Shown here: positions 57,950 through 64,000 of the stretch, in pieces
Numbering within the stretch: position 1 is the first letter of the stretch
Layout: each line of letters starts with the position of its first letter
DNA from: Candidatus Latescibacterota bacterium
GTDB lineage: Bacteria; Latescibacterota; UBA2968; UBA8231
Direction of reading: 5' to 3'
DNA length: 64,000 nt
NCBI GenBank assembly: GCA_965206595.1
Contig: OZ242214.1
Location: 5,056,001 to 5,120,000, forward strand
Translations under genes and position numbers: made by a program
The notes under the pieces: model-generated
The model's input: the letters and a program-made list of their open reading frames with translations, nothing else
Database searches by the model: none
Told to the model about the DNA's origin: nothing

Positions 57950-59143
57950 ATGGACTTTTCCATCGACAGGAAACACGACGAGCTGCGCCATCGGGCACGC
58001 GAGTTCTGCGAGCGCGAGATAGTCCCCCATATCCGTGCATGGGACCGCGCCGGAAGTTTCCCGGAGGGCATTGTCGCAAAGCTTGGGCAAGAGGGATTTC
58101 TCGGGCTATGCATCCCCGAGTCCGAGGGGGGCAGGGGGCAGGATTACCTCGCACTCGGGCTGTTGTGCGAGGAGCTGGAGCGCGCCGACTCCGCCTTCCG
58201 GGTACTGCTCTCCGTTCACCTCGGGCTCAACACGCTGGCGCTCCTGCAATGGGGCACCGAGGAACAGAAACGGCGCTTCTTGCGGCCACAGGCGCAGGGC
58301 GAGAAACTCGCGGCCTTCGGGCTGACGGAACCGGAAGCCGGCAGCGACGTCGCCGCCCTCAGGTGCAGCGCCAGGCGTGAAGGAGATGCCTACGTCCTCA
58401 ACGGGGACAAGAGCTGGATCGGCTTCGCCGACGCCGCCGATCACTTGCTGATATTCGCCAGGACAGGTCCCGGGGTCGGAAGCAGCGGCCTCTCTGCATT
58501 CATAGTGGAGCGGGGCGCGCCGGGTCTGCGTACGTCGAGCATTGAGCACAAGCTCGGCGGACGCGCCGGCAACACCGGCCGCGTTTCGCTGCGCGACGTA
58601 GCAGTCTCCTTGGAGAACCGACTGGGAGGCGAAGGAGAGGGCTTCAAGATCGCGATGAGCGCCCTCGACAACGGGCGCTACACGGCGGCTGCCGGTGCCG
58701 TCGGGTTGATCGATGCCTGCCTCGAGGCAAGCGCAAGTTTCGCCCGCGGCCGGGCGGCTTTCGGACAGGCGATCGGCAGGCAGCAGCTCGTGCAGCGGAA
58801 AATCGCGAAAATGGTGGCCGGCAGGGACATCGGGCGCCTGCTCTGGCAAAAGGTCGGCTGGCTGAAAAACCAGGGCTGGCGCTGCACCCGCGAGGTCTCC
58901 CTCGCCAAGTGGATCAACTGCCGCAACGCCTTCGCTGCGGCCGATGACGCGGTGCAGATTCACGGGGCGCGCGGGTACAGCGACGAGTTCCCGGTGGAGC
59001 GTTACCTGCGCAACGCCCGCGGCTCCCGCATCTACGAAGGGACCGAAGAGATTCATCAGATCCTGCAGGCGGAATACGCCCTCGGCTACCGCGGGGACAA
59101 ACCCTTGGAACGGGAGCTTCCCGGGTTCGGCGGACCCGGCTGA
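57950..59143 (+). CDS. acyl-CoA dehydrogenase
   Basis: FGLTEPEAGSD, LNGDKSWI, QIHGARGY, IYEGT.EI. Confidence 0.93.
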   Translation: MDFSIDRKHDELRHRAREFCEREIVPHIRAWDRAGSFPEGIVAKLGQEGFLGLCIPESEGGRGQDYLALGLLCEELERADSAFRVLLSVHLGLNTLALLQWGTEEQKRRFLRPQAQGEKLAAFGLTEPEAGSDVAALRCSARREGDAYVLNGDKSWIGFADAADHLLIFARTGPGVGSSGLSAFIVERGAPGLRTSSIEHKLGGRAGNTGRVSLRDVAVSLENRLGGEGEGFKIAMSALDNGRYTAAAGAVGLIDACLEASASFARGRAAFGQAIGRQQLVQRKIAKMVAGRDIGRLLWQKVGWLKNQGWRCTREVSLAKWINCRNAFAAADDAVQIHGARGYSDEFPVERYLRNARGSRIYEGTEEIHQILQAEYALGYRGDKPLERELPGFGGPG

Positions 59144-59160
59144 AACCCGGAAAGCACACC

Positions 59161-60789
59161 ATGTACGAAAGAGATCTGGAGCGACGACCCGCCAACTACG
59201 CGCCACTGACGCCCCTCAGCTTTCTGGCGCGGGCTGCCCAGGTATACCCCGCCAGGAAAGCGGTCATCTACGGCGAGCAGTGGCGGGACTTCGGCACTTT
59301 GTACGGCCGCTGCCGCCAACTGGCCTCGGCGTTGCGTAAAACCGGGATCGGGAGGGGGGACACGGTGTCGGTGCTGGCGCCGAACGTTCCCGCCATGGTG
59401 GAAGCCCATTTTGCCGTGCCGATGACCGGGGCCGTTCTCAACACGATCAACACCCGACTCGATGCCGCCACCGTGGCCTTCATCCTCACCCACGGGGAAG
59501 CCAAGGTGCTGCTCGTCGACAGCGAGCTGGCCTGTCTCGCCGCCGAGGCACTCTCCCGCATGCAGGGGAAACCGCCCCTCGTCGTCGCCATCGATGACGA
59601 GCTCGCCGGTGCGGATGGTGAGGGCGGGGCTGCCGGCGAGATCGAATACGAAGGGTTCCTCGCCCGCGGCTGCAGCGACTTCGCCTGGGAACCGCCCGAA
59701 GACGAATGGCAGGCGATCTCCCTCAACTACACCTCCGGAACCACCGGCAACCCCAAGGGAGTCGTCTACCACCACCGCGGCGCCTACCTGAACGCGCTCG
59801 GCAACGTCATGGCCCTGCAGATGAGTCCGCGCACGGTATACCTGTGGACGTTGCCGATGTTCCACTGCAACGGCTGGTGCCATCCGTGGGCCCTGGCCGC
59901 GGCAGGCGCCACCCAGGTCTGCCTGCGCAGGACGGAGCCGGCGGCGATCTTTGCCGCAATCGCCCGCTATGGAGTCACTCACATGTGCGGGGCCCCGGTG
60001 GTGCTCAGCATGCTCATCCACGCCCAGGACGAGGCGAAACAGCGCTTCGACCACGAGGTGCAGGTCGCCTCCGGGGGTGCCTCCCCCCCGAGTGCGGTCA
60101 TCGCCAGCATGGCCGGGATGGGGTTCCGGGTGCACCACCTGTACGGACTGACCGAGACCTACGGCCCGGCGACGTTGTGCGCCTGGCAGCAGGATTGGGA
60201 CGATCTCGACGAGAAGTCGCAGGCCGAACGGATCGCCCGTCAGGGAGTGGCGTTGCCGACCCTCGAAGAGGTGAGCGTGTGCGATCCCGAAAGCTTCGAG
60301 GAGGTCCCTGCGGACGGGGCGACAATCGGGGAGATCATGGTGCGGGGCAACACTGTGATGAAGGGGTACCTCAAGAACGGCGAGGCCTCGCGGGCGGCCT
60401 TTGCCGGAGGATGGTTCCACACCGGCGACCTCGGCGTCGTCCACGAGGACGGATACGTCGAGGTAAAGGACCGCTCCAAGGACATAATCATCTCGGGCGG
60501 GGAGAACATCTCGACCCTCGAGGTCGAGGAGGTCCTCTACCGCCACCCCGCGGTGATGGAAGCCGCGGTGGTTGCCCGCCCCGACGACAAGTGGGGGGAA
60601 ACCCCCTGCGCCTTCGTCGCCCTGGCGCCGTCAGCTGAACCGGTCACCGCCGACGAGCTCCTCAGGTACTGCCGCGACCACCTCGCTCACTTCAAGGCGC
60701 CCAGGACAGTAGTGTTCGGTGAGCTCCCAAAAACTTCGACAGGAAAGATCCAGAAATTCCTGCTGCGCGAGCGGGCGGCTGCCCTGTGA
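59161..60789 (+). CDS. acyl-CoA synthetase (AMP-binding)
   Basis: YTSGTTGNPKGV, YGLTET, WFHTGD, IISGGENIS, PKTSTGKIQK. Confidence 0.95.
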   Translation: MYERDLERRPANYAPLTPLSFLARAAQVYPARKAVIYGEQWRDFGTLYGRCRQLASALRKTGIGRGDTVSVLAPNVPAMVEAHFAVPMTGAVLNTINTRLDAATVAFILTHGEAKVLLVDSELACLAAEALSRMQGKPPLVVAIDDELAGADGEGGAAGEIEYEGFLARGCSDFAWEPPEDEWQAISLNYTSGTTGNPKGVVYHHRGAYLNALGNVMALQMSPRTVYLWTLPMFHCNGWCHPWALAAAGATQVCLRRTEPAAIFAAIARYGVTHMCGAPVVLSMLIHAQDEAKQRFDHEVQVASGGASPPSAVIASMAGMGFRVHHLYGLTETYGPATLCAWQQDWDDLDEKSQAERIARQGVALPTLEEVSVCDPESFEEVPADGATIGEIMVRGNTVMKGYLKNGEASRAAFAGGWFHTGDLGVVHEDGYVEVKDRSKDIIISGGENISTLEVEEVLYRHPAVMEAAVVARPDDKWGETPCAFVALAPSAEPVTADELLRYCRDHLAHFKAPRTVVFGELPKTSTGKIQKFLLRERAAAL

Positions 60790-60866
60790 GCCGGAAGCCC
60801 TTCGAGCCTGCCAGCTCTGCCGCGATGGGCTTCCCCGAACCGCAGCATCCCCCGAGAAAGGGGTGC

Positions 60867-61091
60867 TCAACCGGACAGCTCGGCGAGAACTTCCTCCATC
60901 GACCAAAGGCGCTCGGCATTTTCGATCAGTGCATCTATGATGAATGGATGCGCCTTGACCGTGCGGTTGTCGATGAACTCGAAGCCGGGGGACCAGTTGC
61001 CCTTGGTATCCCTCGTGTACATGCTGCTGTCCTCTATGACGGTAATCTCGCCGTCTCGGCCTTCTGCGCCTTTGTACCTGTACTGGGCCAC
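60867..61091 (-). CDS. small hypothetical protein (74 aa)
   Basis: GGGAGG RBS 6 nt before GTG; coding-like codon use only in this 3' part of ORF 60867-61568. Confidence 0.6.
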   Translation of the reverse strand: MAQYRYKGAEGRDGEITVIEDSSMYTRDTKGNWSPGFEFIDNRTVKAHPFIIDALIENAERLWSMEEVLAELSG

Positions 61092-61643
61092 GATCTTCCT
61101 CCCGTGATCAGCTCCTGTGCACTGCTGGATAACAAGCAAATCGCGTGCCAATAACACACCGAAAACTGTCTGATTCGCCCAACTCATTGTTGCACATGGT
61201 AGTTGGGGAAACACTCCGGGTGGCGACAATTCTCCTGCAGGATCCGAGAACCGAGGGTTGCACTCAGGAATCTGGTACGGGGTCATGCTTTTTCTATATA
61301 AGGAAGGGTTGCCGCATGCACCCGGTGATGGACCCATGCACTGGGGGACAGAGACCATGGAACCGGTCCCGGTGCCGGTATGCATAGCACGGCACACACC
61401 CCGTTTCCGGCAGGTTACAACCGGGGGCATCACGTTTCCCCGACGCACTTGCCCGCTCGATAGGCCGAGTGGCCGGAATGTGAACGGCGCCCGTGCTCGA
61501 TGTGAAATCCTTTTCCAACGGAAGCGCAAATTCTGTTTACGGTTCATGCCACAGAGTCTCCACCTCATGGTTTACCGCGTTCTCCTCCCGGCGCACATGG
61601 TGACTTTGAGCACCGGGCCCGCAACACTTTCTTTCCGGGTAAA

Positions 61644-61922
61644 ATGCCGAAAGTCGAAATATACTTGAGCCCGTTCTGCGGGTACTGCTGGAAGGTGCGC
61701 CTGATGCTTTGGCGAAAGGGGATTCGATATACCAAGATCCCCATTCGCTTCTACTTCGGCTTCAAGCTGCCGACCGCCAACTTCAAGGAAATGCTGCGTC
61801 GCAGCGATGGGGATCGCACAATCCCTCAGATCTTCGTCGACGGGAAGTACCTGGGAACCGAGGAGACCCTCGACGAGCTCGCCCGCCGCGGTGAGCTGGA
61901 AAAACGCCTGAGAGACGCCTGA
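61644..61922 (+). CDS. glutaredoxin
   Basis: CGYC active site, RTIPQIFVDG. Confidence 0.9.
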   Translation: MPKVEIYLSPFCGYCWKVRLMLWRKGIRYTKIPIRFYFGFKLPTANFKEMLRRSDGDRTIPQIFVDGKYLGTEETLDELARRGELEKRLRDA

Positions 61923-61928
61923 GCGACG

Positions 61929-62700
61929 ATGGAGATTCTCGACTACAAGGCGGAAATGCTGGGTGAGGTCGCCAGTCTCTTCAATCGGGGCGTCGCCAAC
62001 GTGCCCAACTGCTGGGCGGTGGACGATGCTGATTTCGCCAAGGCGATCTCCGCGGCCTCAGGGGACGAATGCGACGATGGACCTCCCGTCGAAAACCAGG
62101 CTCTGTCCGTGGCAGCGGAAAGGAGGTTCGCGGCGCGTTCCCTCACCGAAGTCTGCGCCTTCGACTCGAGCTACCGCGACCGCTTCTACTGCTTTCCCCA
62201 CGCCTACCTCTCCGATCACCTCGACCACGTCAGCGCCCTGCTGCAGTTCTTCGGCTACCGGCTCACGGGGGGAGAGGTCTTTCTCAACGGACTCGACTAC
62301 GAAGCCGCCGAGCTGCCGCAGGTCGACCTCGACTTCGACCTCGCTGTAACCTGGCCCCGTGAAAGAGGCCGGCGCCCCGGCTCCCACGTTTTGGCGCACC
62401 GGGACGGGGAAACCATTGGTGAATGCAAGATCACCTGCGACGGGGACTACTCGCGCCACCCCGATGCCCAGGATTTCGGCTTCGTCGACCGGCTGGGGGT
62501 GGAGGAGCCGTATCAGCACCGGGGCCTGGGAAAGCTGTTGTTGTTTCATTGGCCGCAACGAGATGCTGGCAGTCGGATACCGCCACACCGCCATCAGCAC
62601 CGCCCGCCACAACAACCGCGCCTTTCTTTTCTACAGCAATCACGGATACCGCGTCGTCGACTGGACCTACCAGTTGAGCAAATCGCTCGACCCGGGATGA
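61929..62700 (+). pseudogene. GNAT acetyltransferase, frameshifted
   Basis: LGVEEPYQHRGLGKLL then shift at about 62545 to N.RAFLFYSNHGY. Confidence 0.7.
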
Positions 62701-62782
62701 GCCGGGCGACAGCGCCCCCGGCCGCTCCGGGGGAGGTCCGGGCTCATACGGGCCCCCGGCGGGTCTGAGTTGCGGTCAGCCG

Positions 62783-64000
62783 ATGGGCACCGGCGCTCAC
62801 GATCCGTACGCCGCCTTCCGGGTTGCGAACTTCCGTCGCTACCTGTACGGCCGCGTCGGCCTGGCGGTCGGCACCCACGTTCAGGGAATCGCCGTCGGCT
62901 GGGAGATGTACCAGCGCACCGGAGAGGCCCTAGCCCTCGGGATGGTCGGCCTCGTGCAGGCAGTGCCCTGGATGGTACTGGCCCTGCCCGCCGGGTACCT
63001 GGCGGATCGCTTCGACCGGCGGCGCGTGGCTCTGCTCAGCCTTACCGGCGCCAACCCTCACTTCGCTGGGACTGGCGGCCCTGTCGATTGCCGAGGGGCC
63101 GGTAAAGGCGATGTACGCCTTGTTGCTGCTCGATGCGGTTTCCAACGTGCTCGGAAGCCCGGCGCGCACCGCCCTGCTGCCCCAAATCGTGCCGCGTCCG
63201 GTCTTTCACAACGCCGTCACCTGGAACAGCAGCATGTGGCAACTGACCTCGGTGCTGGGCCCGGCTGCCGGCGGTCTGGTGATCGTCTGGTCTGTTCCCG
63301 CGGCCTATCTCTGTGCCGCCGCCGGCTCCCTCGTCTTCATCTTCATGTTCGGCCGCATCCGCCTGCAGCAGGACGACCGCGTGGCGGCCCCGACCTCCGC
63401 TGCCATGATTCTCGGGGGTGTCCGTTACATCTGGCGCTCGCGGCTGGTCCTCGCCGCGGTCAGCCTCGACATGTTCGCGGTGCTGTTCGGGGGCGCCGTC
63501 TACCTGCTTCCCATCTTCGCCAAGGACATCCTGGAAGTGGGAGCCGGCGGCCTCGGCTGGCTTCGCGCCGCCCCGGCGGCCGGGGCTTTCTGCATGGCTA
63601 TCCTGCTTGCCCACCTGCCGCCGATGCGGAAGAGCGGCCGCAATCTCCTGTGGTGCGTCGCCGGATTCGGGATGGCAACCATCATTTTCGGCCTGTCGAC
63701 GTCGTTCTGGCTGTCGCTCGCCATGCTGTTTCTCACCGGCGCCTTCGACCAAGTCAGCATGGTGATCCGCCACACCCTCGTTCAACTGCTGACTCCGGAC
63801 GAGATGCGAGGCCGTGTCGCCGCGGTCAACAGCGTTTCCATCTCCGCATCAAACAACCTCGGCGGCATGGAATCAGGTCTCGTCGCGCATTGGTTCGGCC
63901 CGGTTTTCTCGGTGGTCAGCGGCGGCATCGGTTCGCTCCTGGTGGTCGCCTTCACCGCAGCCGCCTCGCCCCGGCTGCGACGGTTCGGATCGCTGCGCGA
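62783..64000 (+). pseudogene. MFS transporter (EntS/MFS_3-like), frameshift at about 63055, runs to window edge
   Basis: Manual translation: AVGWEMYQRTG.ALALG, GYLADRFDRRR, LDMFAVLFGGA, TPDEMRGRV; absent from the ORF track. Confidence 0.8.

Noticed and set aside
1-64000. CRISPR array, cas genes, rRNA, known defence systems
   Set aside because: No regularly spaced repeats or diagnostic motifs noticed by eye

Overview
GC-rich bacterial chromosomal segment, most consistent with an FCB-superphylum organism such as Ca. Latescibacterota (inferred from the dockerin/FlgD-type surface protein, WD40-Omp85 and TPR-ExbB-ExbD-ExbD-TonB genes). About two thirds is intact housekeeping DNA: wecA-like, recN, xseAB, ymdB, rny, zapAB, pheST, rplT, rpmI, surE, accD, nrdR, nrdJ, map, topA, xerC-like, pheA, thyA, tRNA-Cys and tRNA-Leu. 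Two accessory blocks are eroded. Block 26.5-34.2 kb is the remnant of an uncharacterised M28-peptidase-like/OPT-like transporter/DUF6785-6784 membrane system, broken by frameshifts, a deletion, a 31-bp duplication and three IS elements. Block 52-64 kb holds metabolic and transport genes, many frameshifted. An ISL3 sits after nrdJ. Most notable observations: (1) a syntenic XerC with an open frame but without its catalytic K/H/H/Y residues; (2) the eroded peptide-transport system; (3) a 17-bp IR-bounded, TSD-flanked micro-insertion and an 8-bp duplication inside a transposase; (4) tandem NrdR boxes at nrdJ plus a NrdR-like box at topA; (5) a cohesin+dockerin+Ig giant exoprotein; (6) two small ORFs the track does not call correctly. 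No CRISPR array, prophage or rRNA was seen. All family assignments come from motif recognition, not database searches.
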